From the NCBI GenBank assembly GCA_951406725.2, contig OX597825.1:36766001-36830000 (forward strand): a stretch of DNA of 64,000 nucleotides, read 5' to 3'. A program made the translations under genes and the position numbers. This DNA comes from Octopus vulgaris (lineage: Eukaryota). This document shows positions 52,332 through 64,000 of this stretch, piece after piece; position 1 is the first letter of the stretch, and every line of letters starts with the position of its first letter. The notes beneath the pieces were generated by a model. It saw only the letters and a list, made by a program, of their open reading frames with translations. It was not told the origin of the DNA and made no database searches.

Positions 52332-54335
52332 GGCGCTCCTTCAGAAACGCACCTCTCCAAGAAAATGAAATACAATTAAAAAGAAAAGTTATGAAAATGG
52401 AAAATATATACAAAATAAATTATGTATGCAAAAAAATAGAAAGATTCATCCATTTTTAAATATTTTATTCTAAAAAAAATAAAACAAACGGAAAACGGGC
52501 CTCGCGAATATAAACAAATCGGACGATACAAGGGGAGGTAATTTGCTTTTACCAGTCAGGTATTATTAATGATACGAGGGGCCAAATAGCCACTGAGTTA
52601 AACTTTTTTTCTTTTATATGTTTCAATCCATATTTTCTCTGTAAACAGAAAACAAAAATATAAATAACAAAACTTGCAAACGTCTTTAACATATTTATTC
52701 TATTGTTTTATAATTATTTCTGTCGTATATCACATCATAAAATGGGCGAAGGCAGCGCGTGTGCACACCACCTAACCCTAATCCTAACCTAAAAACTATC
52801 CCTAACCCTAACTCCAACTCTAAAACTAACTTTAACCCTCACCCTAACCTTAAAACTAACCCTAACCTTAACCCTAACCCTAACCTTAACCATAAAACTA
52901 ACCGTATCCCTAACCCTAACCAGTTTGCACAGTAAAAAAAAATCTGATTAAAAACAATCAAGAATTTGCAAACGATATCGTCGGGCTCCTCATATCATTA
53001 ATAATACCTGACTGGTAAAAGTAAATTACCTCCCCTTGTATCGTCTGACATGTTTGTCTATATTTGCGAGTGCCCGTTTTCCGTTTGTTTTATTTTTTGC
53101 ATACATTATTTATTTTGTATATATTTGTAGCGTAGCTGATATCCTCACTGTTTGAGAGATATATTAGAAATAATCTCGTGTTTGATAGCAACCATCTTCG
53201 GCTATTTTGACCCTGTTGTGTCCACTGCTCTGATTGGTTGATATTGGCGCAGTTTGTCTTTTGACTTATTTCGCGCCAGTGTGTAAGCCAATCAATCACG
53301 GCCTTCGGATAAGGTCCCATGACACAGTCTTTTTGGGTTCTCACTGGAGCCCACCTCAGGTTATAAAAAGGCCCCAGCATTCACGGTATCTCGTCTTTGG
53401 TTCTAGTCCTTTTCAGGACTAACCTCTGAACACAGAGCTACTCAACCATGTTCCAGTAACACTCGTCTTTGATTCCAGTCCTTCACAGGACTAACCTCTG
53501 TCCACAGAGCGACTCAGCCAGTTCCATTTCCAGTGACAGACAGCGACGACCAGCCAGCAAGTCAACCATGTTCCAACGACGACGCTAACATACACCAGTA
53601 ACTCAGGTCCGTTCTCCACCGTTGCCCTCATCTCGACGTCTCCATCTCCGTCGACTTCAACGATACGTACACAGCAACTCGCTCAGGTTTAAACTCCACG
53701 TTGTTGTGAATATTCACCGAGGTAAACAGCACAGCACTACCTGCAAGAATTCCTGTATTAAGAGACCTGGCACAGCATTGAAGCCACAACCGCTACACGA
53801 CATGTGTTCAACCGGCATTGTGCCTTGTGACCTCAACATTTTGTTACAGGACTACAACTATTGTGTAACCTTACTACGAACTGGTAAATTAACGCCATCT
53901 TGTCTGAAATATCCTGGGAGACTCATTCTATGCGCTGTATTGTATTCTGTCTCACATACGCACACACCTTGTTTGTACTTATGTTCACTCTTGTAATGCA
54001 CACACGAACACACAGACACAAACACTTGTCGCATGCACACAGACACTCCACTTTGCTAGCACCCATACTTTATCTTATTGTACACATCTGTAAATAAAGT
54101 CTTTCTCTCTCAAACAGTATAACGGTTGTGTCGTCTCTCTTATTCCTTTTGGCACTTATTCTTTATACCATGTATTTTGGCTTATTTTGTTAGGGGGACC
54201 GTGCGGCGTTAAAAAGGAGACATTTCTGTCACAAACTCCTTACGTACGGTCGTTTTCCCTACATATTTTCCATTTTCATAACTTCTTTTAATTGCATTTC
54301 ATTTTCTTGGAGAGGTGCGTTTCTAAAGGAGCTCC
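52332..54335. mobile_element. Long-TIR non-autonomous DNA transposon (GG termini, 8-bp TSD ataatcct; Merlin- or Mutator-like)
   Basis: Left arm 52332-52583 mirrors 52984-53125 plus 54264-54335. Centre holds degenerate (CCCTAA)n at 52771-52921. Confidence 0.8.
53126..54263 (+). mobile_element. Solo LTR (probably Gypsy-type)
   Basis: TGTAG...CTACA termini, 4-bp TSD tatt, TATAAAA at about 53362 and AATAAA at about 54093. Removing it restores the host TIR. Confidence 0.85.
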
Positions 54336-55919
54336 ATAATCCTTTCTACTAATAAGCACAAGACCTGAAATTTTGGGAAAGGGGTCTAGTCGATTACATC
54401 GACTCTACCACCTGTGCTCAGCTGGTTTCTATTTTATCGAGTCTGAAATGATGAAAGGTAAAGTCGATCACGGCGGAATTTGAACTCAGAGCGTAAAGTG
54501 CCTATAGATGGTCGTAGTCTCATATGATTAAACAGTTCTGATGTTCAGAAAGCTGGAATAGATGTCATTCGAAGAAAGAACACTGTACAATAAATCCATA
54601 GAAGCAAACTGTAACTTTTAAATGCTTTTACTCCAGGTCACAAATATGTACAAGCTGTTGCGGGCGTTATGCAAAAGCTAACGAGGTCACATTATCACAC
54701 GCTGCTGCCGCGATGACTAAATTTTAAATGCTTTAACTCCAGGTTACAAATATATTCAAGCTGAATAATCATGGAAGGTATTTTACAAGTGAAGGCCATG
54801 TTCAGCTTTTGTGTATTCTACGCCATAGCTGCTCAATGTCTGTTAGCTGTTGCGTGCGTTATGCAAGAGCTAACGAGGTCACATCCTCACACGCTGCTGT
54901 CGCGATGACAAAGAGAAAGGACTGAGTGTTGAAACCTCAAAGTCACATGCTGTGCCACCTAGTGGTGAGCTATTTAGGCAGTTACCGCCAGGGGAGGTAA
55001 CTGCGCCTACAAGCTTAAAGAGAACTTGAAAAGCCAGCGCGGCAACGATTTTGCTCGTTCGCCATCTTTATGATGTCAAATTTTGCACAAGGCCAGCAGT
55101 TTTAAGGTAGAGGGAGGTAAGTCACATAGACTCCAGTGTTCGACTGGTATTATTTTATCGACCTCGAAAGAATGAAAGTCAAAGTCAACTGCGGTGGAAT
55201 TTAAGCGTAAAGAGCCAGAAAGAGCCGAAAGAAATGTCACTAAGCATTTTGACCGACTCTCTAACGACTCTGCCAGCTCGGCACCTAAGCTTATACTATA
55301 ATAAAACAATTGGCAGAGAGGAAATTTCATATAAGGATTTTAGAAATTATTATTTTAAGTTCAAATAACAAGAAGAATAAACAACAGTACGCTGTACTGT
55401 TTTATTTATAAATAAACTAATGGATATGCGCTGCTGAGGCTGGTGATGTTGCTTTATTGGCAGACAACAATGAGAAATTACAAGAAAATATTGATGTAAA
55501 AGAGCACAGTGACACGGAAGGCCTAAATATGAATGTGAAAAACAAAAAAACAAAAAAAAAAAACAAAAAAAAAAACTAGCCTTCCGTCGGTTACGACGGC
55601 GAGTTTTCTAGTTGATCCGATTAACAGAAAAACCTGCTCGTGAAATTAACGTGTAAGTAGCTGAGCACCGCACTGACACGTGTGACTTTAACTTGGTTCT
55701 CAGGGAGATTCAGCGTGACACAGAATGTGACAAGGCTGGCCCTTTGAAATAGAGTTACTTCACGTTTTTGCCGGTTGAGTGGACTGGAAATAAAGTGTAT
55801 TGATCACGGACACAACACGTCACCGTTTATCGCACTCACTACCCGACAATCGCGAGCTGAATACTCTAACCACTTAGCCATGCGCCTTCACACATTTCAC
55901 TCTTTTTTTTTGTGATGTG

Positions 55920-57030
55920 AAACATGAATGTAAAAAAGACAAAAACGATGGTTACGTGTAGGACGGAACAAAAGAAAGCAAATACAAAGAACGTAGATGG
56001 AGAGAATTTTGAACAAGTAAAAAACAGAACAAAACAACAAAAACACCTGAAGTTTTTAGGACAAAATCATCAAAATAGCTGTAGAAGATGCTTTTAGAAT
56101 AAATAAAGCTAAAGCTACATTTATAAGATTAAAAAAGATCTTTACCTCAAAAAGCATAACTCAGCACAAAAAAAACTGAAGCTAGTTAACTGTTATATTA
56201 CATACTAGCAGTATCGCCCGGCGTTGCTCGGGTTTGTAAGGGAAATAACTATATAAGCATTTTTAGAGAGTTACTTCCCTTATAGATGCTAATTCGGGCT
56301 TTCTTAGCCATTTCTGTTTTGGTGTCTTCAAGCCATGAAGTCGTTGTTCTAAAAGAACGCTGGTCTCCTTGACAACGCTTTACGACGTTGATTTCCTTAC
56401 ACTCCCTTCCCCACAGCTTCACGAGGGAGGGAAGAAGGGGGAGAAGCAACACAGGTGCAGGTGTGACCATGGACGCCAACTCCGCCGCCATCGACACACG
56501 AAAAATTATGCATTAAAATGGAATAAAAAATGATGTTAAATTATTTTTAAAATCGTAGACTCATCGTAGACGCGCGCTAATACTCAGACGAGCTCGATAT
56601 GAATCACGACTATAAGATACCCGAAATTGGTTAAACTGCACCGCAAAATGTGGGAGTAGTTAGGAATCTAAATCGAAGGGGACAGACACTCACACAACTA
56701 CAGTTTTATATATATATATATTATCCTCTATCGGGCAGAAACTTGAACTATGTACGGAGCAATGAAGAAGACAGATACCTTTGAGATGCGGATATTTCGC
56801 TGACTGGGGAAAATCAGCAGGAAAAGCAGAGTAACAAACTCTACAGTATTAGAAATGTTAAAAGTCTAAAGAGACCTAGTATCGAGAATCTAGTCCACAA
56901 ATTTATTTGGGATATTTATGCGCCACGAGTCATTGTCCAAGACTACCTTGACAGGAAGTGTCTAGGGGAAGACAGCAAGAGACCGTCAAAGACGTTTGTG
57001 AACTGATGGCATCAAAGAATGGACTGGAAA
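55920..57030 (+). mobile_element. Old RTE-like LINE remnant interrupted by a Helitron
   Basis: Decayed NVKKTKTMV, FEMRIFR and G.V.GKTARDRQR..W..GIKEWTG motifs. Confidence 0.55.
56205..56720 (-). mobile_element. Non-autonomous Helitron
   Basis: Minus-strand 3' end has hairpin cccgagc-aac-gccggg followed by CTAG; the 5' end runs into tatataaaactgtag. Confidence 0.8.
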
Positions 57031-57696
57031 AATTCTTCAGTTTCCTCTGTGTTGTGCACTCAACACAACACATTGTCCATCTAACTTTATATTTGCTTTT
57101 GGGCTCGATAAAATAAAGTTCCTATCAAAAAGTGGGAATGATATAATCGACATAGTCCTTTCCCTAAAACTGTTGGACATTTGCCAAATGCAGTGAGCTG
57201 GCAGAACTGATAGCGTATCGGATAAAATGCTTAAAGATATTTCTTCTGGCTTTACGTTTTGAGTTCAAATTCCTTTGAGGTCGACGTTGTCCTCATCTTT
57301 CGAGCTCAATGAAATAAAGAACCAGCTGAATTCTTGTGTCGATTTAATAGACTAACCTCCACCCAACAAAATTTCAGACCTTCTGCCTATATTAGAAAGA
57401 ATTATGTAAAGCTTTATCTACTTCGAGTTCTACCGTTAACACAATTTATTTTCGTGTCTCTCGAAATTTCTAAATTCGTACGACATAAACCGCACGTACA
57501 CACACACACAGATACATGCACACACACGTAAGATGACGACAAAGTTCAATGTTTCAAATGGTTATTATATCAATAGGAAATGCGTTGTTGGATTCTTATC
57601 ATGACCTTTGGAGAGATATTTTTACCCTGTAGCATTTCACATGGCGTTTCCTATATATTAGGTAATACAGTTCTAAGCTATTAATACATATTTGAG

Positions 57697-57734
<38 letters not shown>

Positions 57735-57781
57735 TTCGTACTAAAGATATCTACCTACCTATCAGTACCTGTTTGTCTGTT

Positions 57782-57854
<73 letters not shown>

Positions 57855-57893
57855 TTATCTTGTCCATCCATCCATCCATCCATCCATCCAATT

Positions 57894-57970
<77 letters not shown>

Positions 57971-59692
57971 CAAAATCAATTCTGCAAACTTGACAAAACC
58001 AGCCTTCAATGAATGAATCACTGTTAGAAGCCAACGCAAATATGACCGGGGAATATGTTTATTATTACCGTATCCAGTCCAGAGCTGATTAAATGTGTTC
58101 AATACTATTGCTTCAAAAGTTAGCCTTTACCAGTTGTTTTCACGGTATTATCACTGAGTTAGTATTGAAACCTTTTTGTAGTTACTTGACCTGACGAAAG
58201 TAGCAATCCAAGCTATCGCGTACCACACACTACCACCCTAAAAAGTAACAACATATTCGATGATGAAGCCCTAGATACATCATGTTCAAAATGATTTAAA
58301 GATCAAGGCTGGAATGGCTTCAGTTATGGGATTTCTTGATCATGGTCTACTTGAGGTTAAAAAAAATATAAACAGCAACAACAAATGTTTTGATCTGGTA
58401 CTGTTTTTAGTGTCTTTTGCGAAACTTCAACAGAGAAGCTAAAGGCAAACTGGCAATTGAATCCTCGGCGTTTAAATGATCAAAAAAGAAAGCTCAGTAG
58501 ATTTTAAATCTCCTTTGGATAAAGAATGTCAAAATCGATCTCTAGAATCAGAGATTCACTTGCCTGCTCCCCGCAAATCACATAAAACTATTCAAATTTT
58601 ACAGCATTGCAGACGAATTTTCTTATTTTCGATTGAAAAATGTTTGTATCTTATAGTTTAACCATAGCTACCTTTCTTAGATACATATATTTGCACAAAC
58701 TTCGTTAAAAGCTATTGAGATTTCAATTCAGTGCTAGATTTAGGGATAAGCTAAATAAGTTAGAACTTAAGCCCTCACAAGCCACAGGGGCCTCAGAATA
58801 ATTGAAAGGCCTGTATGTTTTCTTTTTCGTGGAACCTTCTGGTGTAGTTTTCTCGATAAGGAGCCTTCAAGTTTTATCTAGTTTACGGCTTCACTATGAT
58901 CTAAATCCTTCAGTAAGTTTGACTCTCGTCGATATGAGTTTAAATCCCACCAAAGCCAACTCTGCTTTTTGTCTTTTCTGGGGTAGATTAAAAAATAGCA
59001 GTCATATAGTGGTGAACTTCCAACTGAACATTCAATCATATCAATGTAAGCCATTGGTTTTGAGACGGTTTCGCTGTAGAGCACAAGGACAATGCATAGG
59101 GGATTCAAGTACTCCTCCTCGGATACTTAAGAAATATAATCTAAGGCTTTTGAAAACCCATACAAACTGCTTGGCTTCCTTGCAAAACCTATTATTCGCA
59201 ATTTTGTTATACACAAGTATGATGAATAAAACATTATTGTTAATCTAAATTTTTAGTTTTAAAATACAATTAAAAAAATCGCATGAAAGTGCGCTAGCAG
59301 TTTTCTTTATTTGATCCTCAATTCGTCACAAAGTCAAATTTAGAACCAGTTTTAAACAATGAAATCTGTTGCGAGTTGAACATAGAAACATATCCCTGCG
59401 AAAGCTACTTTTAATCGCTGCTTGTTTTACACAGAATAATGATAGACTTGGTTTGCAGTTATTACTAAACCGGTCCTTATACTATCGACTCAAAAGGAAG
59501 GAAGGGCAAGGTCAATCCCAGTGGCATTTGAACTCAAAGCATTAAGTTGGAAGAAGTGCCGCCGAGCATTTTGTCCGACACGCGGTATATCTGAAGCAGA
59601 CCAGCTTCGACGCCATGGTTCCTATTTCTGGTTCCACAAAGAACCAGAAACGGGTAGCCATGCACACACACGCGCGCACACACACACGCGCA

Positions 59693-59809
<117 letters not shown>

Positions 59810-60400
59810 GCGCACGCACACACAACTGTTTGTGAAGATTTCTTTTCCTATCTAACATAATTCTATTTACTCATTCATTTATTCATTTATTTAGATGTGA
59901 GAAAAAGTAGCCTTCACGGTCCATCTGACGGCCCACAAAACTAGTGGGACACAGAAAAGAAGTTCCTCAAACTAGAGTCTGGTTTGTAATAGAGTAGATG
60001 CAACTGTATCTGCTCTATAGTCCGAAAGGTCAGGTTGTGTTAGACCGGGCGATGAATTAAGAACATCACTCAATAGTAGAAAGGATCCTTCCGACAAATT
60101 TCGCTCGCAAAGTATTATCATTCCAAGGATATAGTAGATGACATTTGACTAAGGTTCAACACAGTGGAATCGAACACGAGGCCAACCTGCTGCGAAGCGA
60201 ACTTTTTAATCATAAAGCGATACCTCCATCTGAGAGGAATATCAATGAAGCTGACCATGCGTTATTATTCGCATCATCATATAAAGAAGAAAGAGGTCTT
60301 CTCCCCAACATCAGTAGTAGTTCTATATTGTACAATTCCTGGAAGTTTTTTTAAAAGCTACACACTTCAAACGTGATCTTCGCCTTGTAATGTAACAATT

Positions 60401-60491
60401 CGGGCATAAGCGTAGTGGTTAAGAGCGCAGGCTACTAACCCTAAAATTCCGAGTTCGATTCCAGACATTGACCTGAATAATAATAATGATG

Positions 60492-60546
<55 letters not shown>

Positions 60547-60714
60547 TAAAAATAATAATAATAATAATAACATCGAAAAATACCTTAGAAATGAGAACCA
60601 GGTTCGAAATTGCCCCAAGATACCTGATGAAGGCTGGAGGGTATATCAGTCAAAACGTTGTGTTAACAACAAACAAAATGAGGACAAATATCCGTTAAAT
60701 GTAAATAATATAAA
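60401..60714 (+). mobile_element. tRNA-headed short element with (TAA)n and a hammerhead-like tail
   Basis: A box tagtggttaag and B box gagttcgattcc; tail CTGATGA-a-GGCTG..CAGTC-AAAACGTT. 13-bp TSD taatgtaac(a/t)att. Confidence 0.7.
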
Positions 60715-60939
60715 TAATGTAACTATTAGTTTCAAATTTCGAGGCCAGCAGTTTCGAGGGTGGGTTGGTGGTAAGTCGATTACATCAGCCTCACTATTCA
60801 ACTGGCACTCATTTTCTTGGCCCCTAAGGGAATGAAAGGCAATGTCAACCCCGGTGACGTTTAAACGAAGAATGTAAAGACGGACAAAATACCACTAAGC
60901 GGTTTAACGATTCAGCTCGCTACTTTGCTTTGTTATGTA

Positions 60940-62509
60940 CCGTAAATCCTCCAGTATAATCTGCATTTCCCCACCAAAATTTAAAGGTCAAAGTCCCTAG
61001 TGCGTACTATATACGCGGTTAAAAATGAAAAATATTTTCTAAGCAATGTCCGAGTCTCTGTTCGCTGCCCGGCAGTATTTATTCAGAGGCATTTTGTGAT
61101 GCCGGGCGCAAAAAATACCTTAAGCTAAGCCTGAAAGCAATGAAGTCATAAAAGAATCATCCATAACTTGCAGTAAGCAACATTTATTAAAATAAAAGTT
61201 TTCAGAACACAGAATAACATGTAACAAAAATAATTTGCAAACATATTTACATTCCCATATAACAGTTAAGAACATCACCATTATTGTGTTACGCATGCGC
61301 GGAAGTGTTTGTTCGACTAGCTGCTGCTGGCTTAATTAGTTAATTAGCGCTAAATAGCTCATCCTGCTGTTTGTATTGACAGTTTGCATCATTACCGTGG
61401 CAAACAATAGATACTTAATTAAATACCAGTATTAAACGTTTGAACTACTGTGGGTCTTTACTAGGGTTTTTTATAAGCGGGACTTAAACCTGTACATTAA
61501 TCTCCAATAAAACATTTTATACATTACATGCCCATAAAATGCATCATAGATCTTATTCAGTTATGTTTAAACTTGAAGTTATATCATATGCTGAAGAGCA
61601 TGGTAATAGGGCCGCCGGAAGAAAATTTGATGTTGACGAAAGCAATGTCAGGTTATGGAAAAGAAAGAGAGATGAAATTAAACAGATGCCAAAGATAAAG
61701 AAGGCAAGAAGGGGGAAAAATCCAAACATCCTAAGTTTGAAAAATTTTGCTTGAATGGGTAGAAAAAAGAAGACTTAGGTGGAATAGCCATTAATACAGT
61801 ACATTTGAGGCTACAGGCAAAACTCATTGCTAAAAAGATAAAACATAATGAGTCAGAATTTAAAGCATCACGTGGCTGGGCCAGTAACTTTATGTCAAGG
61901 AATGACTTGTCTATTAGGAGGCGAACCGACATTTCACAAAAGGATCATGTATGCATGGAATGAACTTGATCCCCAGATTATTGTGAAAAAGTTTTATCAA
62001 ATGTTGTATATCGTCTGCACTGGGTGGTACTCAGGATGACGTTGTATGGAAAGATGAAATAAATGAAAGTGAATCTTCTGATGTTGACTATGAATCTGAC
62101 GATGATGGAAATGCTGAAATGTTTACGGAGTAACAAATGGAACAGCTATTTGATGCTGAAAGTAACGTTGAATTTGAAGGATTTGAATATATGTCTTTGC
62201 TTTTGCTTTTGTAACTGATAGTGATAAATATGTAAAGGCAATTTACTTGATATTTATTTTTCACTGACATTATTACTGTTATTTCTTTATTTTCTGCAAA
62301 CAAAAAGCTACACGTTTGCATTATGTTATATATACAATAATAATAAAGGACGTTACCGTATACATTTTTACAAACCAAGGACGTTATATAGACCTCCTTG
62401 TCTCAAGTTAGAGAAGGGGTGCGTATTATTTAGATTCTTCAGAGGTACAGTCCCCTAAAAATCCCCTACGTATTATACCCAAAGGCAGACTATACTCGAG
62501 GATTTATTA
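60940..62509 (+). mobile_element. pogo/Tigger-like DNA transposon, internally deleted
   Basis: TA then ccgtaaatcctccagtataatctgc, mirrored by gcagactatactcgaggattta. Confidence 0.85.
61539..62190 (+). pseudogene. pogo transposase pseudogene (Brinker-type DBD and CENPB-type HTH; DDE core missing)
   Basis: RSYSVMFKLEVISYAEEHGNRAAGRKFDVDESNVRLW, FKASRGWASNFMSRNDLSIRRRT, AWNELDPQII, then an acidic tail. Confidence 0.85.
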
Positions 62510-62589
62510 AAACTGATATAATGAACGTATCTGCCGGTCTTTGAATTACCATGAAGAAAGAATTCGTTATTTGACTGCAGAAGCATAGC

Positions 62590-62749
<160 letters not shown>

Positions 62750-63267
62750 CAACTAAAAAAGGTGAAAACAAATAGAAAGTGTACGGGGATGTATAAGAAA
62801 AATCTCCCGCAATAAGTCGTAGAATGTAACTGCACAATACATGGGACATAATTCTAATAAAATTAACGAAGAATAACCTCCCTTGTTAAGTATTCCGCTT
62901 TTCAATAAACGAGAAAAGAGCATGATTAATTATATAAGTGAAAGGGGAAATTGATAAATTCTTTGTGTTCCAGGTACAAAGCCTGATATTCTGTGAGTGG
63001 CGGCTGGTTGTTACTTCGAGGCCATTGCTCAACTGGTATTTATTTCATTGACCTCGAAAGGACGAAAGGCAAAGTCGAGCTCGGCGGAATTTGAACTCAA
63101 ATAGATGATAGGCTGCTAAGCGTTTGGTCCAGCGTGCTAACGATTCTGCCAACACAGATAAACGTGCATGCAGCCATGTATACAGGCATGTATACATACA
63201 TACATACATACGTCCGTACATTATACATACATTTATACATACGCATATATTTGGGAATTGTAAATAA

Positions 63268-63326
<59 letters not shown>

Positions 63327-63592
63327 GAGAGAGAGAGAGGGTGAGAGAGAGAGAGAGGGTGAGAGAGGGTGTGTGCGTAAAAAAGGATGAGAGAGAAGGA
63401 GAAAAAGAGAGAGTGAGGGACTGAGTGAGAGAGAGAGGGAGAAAGAGGGAAAGAGAGGGAGAAAGGGTGTGTGTATGACTGTGTGTGAGAGAGAGTCTGT
63501 GTGTAAGAGAGAAAGAGGGAGAAGTAGAGTGAGAGAAGGAGAGCGAGGGATAAAATGTTCGATGAACAGCATGAAAAATTTGTAATACTACA

Positions 63593-64000
63593 TATGTATG
63601 TATGTATGTATGTATGTATGCATGTATGTATGTGTGCATGTATGTATGTATGTATGTATGTATGTATGTATGTATGTATGTATGTATGTATGTATGTGTG
63701 TATGTATGTATGTATGTACGTATGTATGCATGTATGTATGTATGTATGTATGTATGTATGTATGTATGTATGTATGTATGCATGCATGTATGTATGTATG
63801 TATGTATGTATGTATGTACGTGTATGTATGCATGCATGTATGTATGTATGTATGTATGTATGTATGTATGTATGTATGTATGTATGTATGTATGCATGCA
63901 TGTATGTGTGTATGTATGTATGTATGTATGTATGTATGCATGCATGTATGTATGTATGTATGTATGTATGTATGTATGTATGCATGCATGTATGTATGTA
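63593..64000. repeat. (TATG)n microsatellite
   Basis: Read directly. Confidence 0.98.

Noticed and set aside
60401-60475. tRNA gene
   Set aside because: A and B boxes are present but there is no acceptor stem; it is a SINE head. The same applies to the other SINE heads

Overview
AT-rich, extremely repeat-dense eukaryotic DNA. The SINE families and microsatellite load point to an octopus or related cephalopod genome (inference). No host protein-coding gene can be called with confidence, and most short ORFs in the track are microsatellite artefacts. The main feature is a same-strand cluster at about 33.1-40.7 kb of four Tx1-clade (L1 superfamily) non-LTR retrotransposon insertions from two subfamilies. 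Each is bounded on both sides by (TATC)n, all share the same 3' junction phase, and none has a poly(A) tail, which suggests a GATA/TATC-microsatellite-targeting element. One copy has an intact 1145-aa APE-RT-zinc finger ORF2. The rest of the window is a patchwork of tRNA-derived SINEs, RTE remnants (two with 5' inversions), Tc1/mariner, pogo, Helitron and GG-terminal 8-bp-TSD elements, and a solo LTR nested in a MITE. There are also several Penelope-like termini with minimal hammerhead-ribozyme-like motifs, including two long palindromes and one tRNA-headed element. A visible shift from CpG-depleted to CpG-retaining DNA near 29 kb, next to minus-strand splice signals, may mark the 5' end of a host transcript. 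All coordinates were read by eye and may be off by a few bases.
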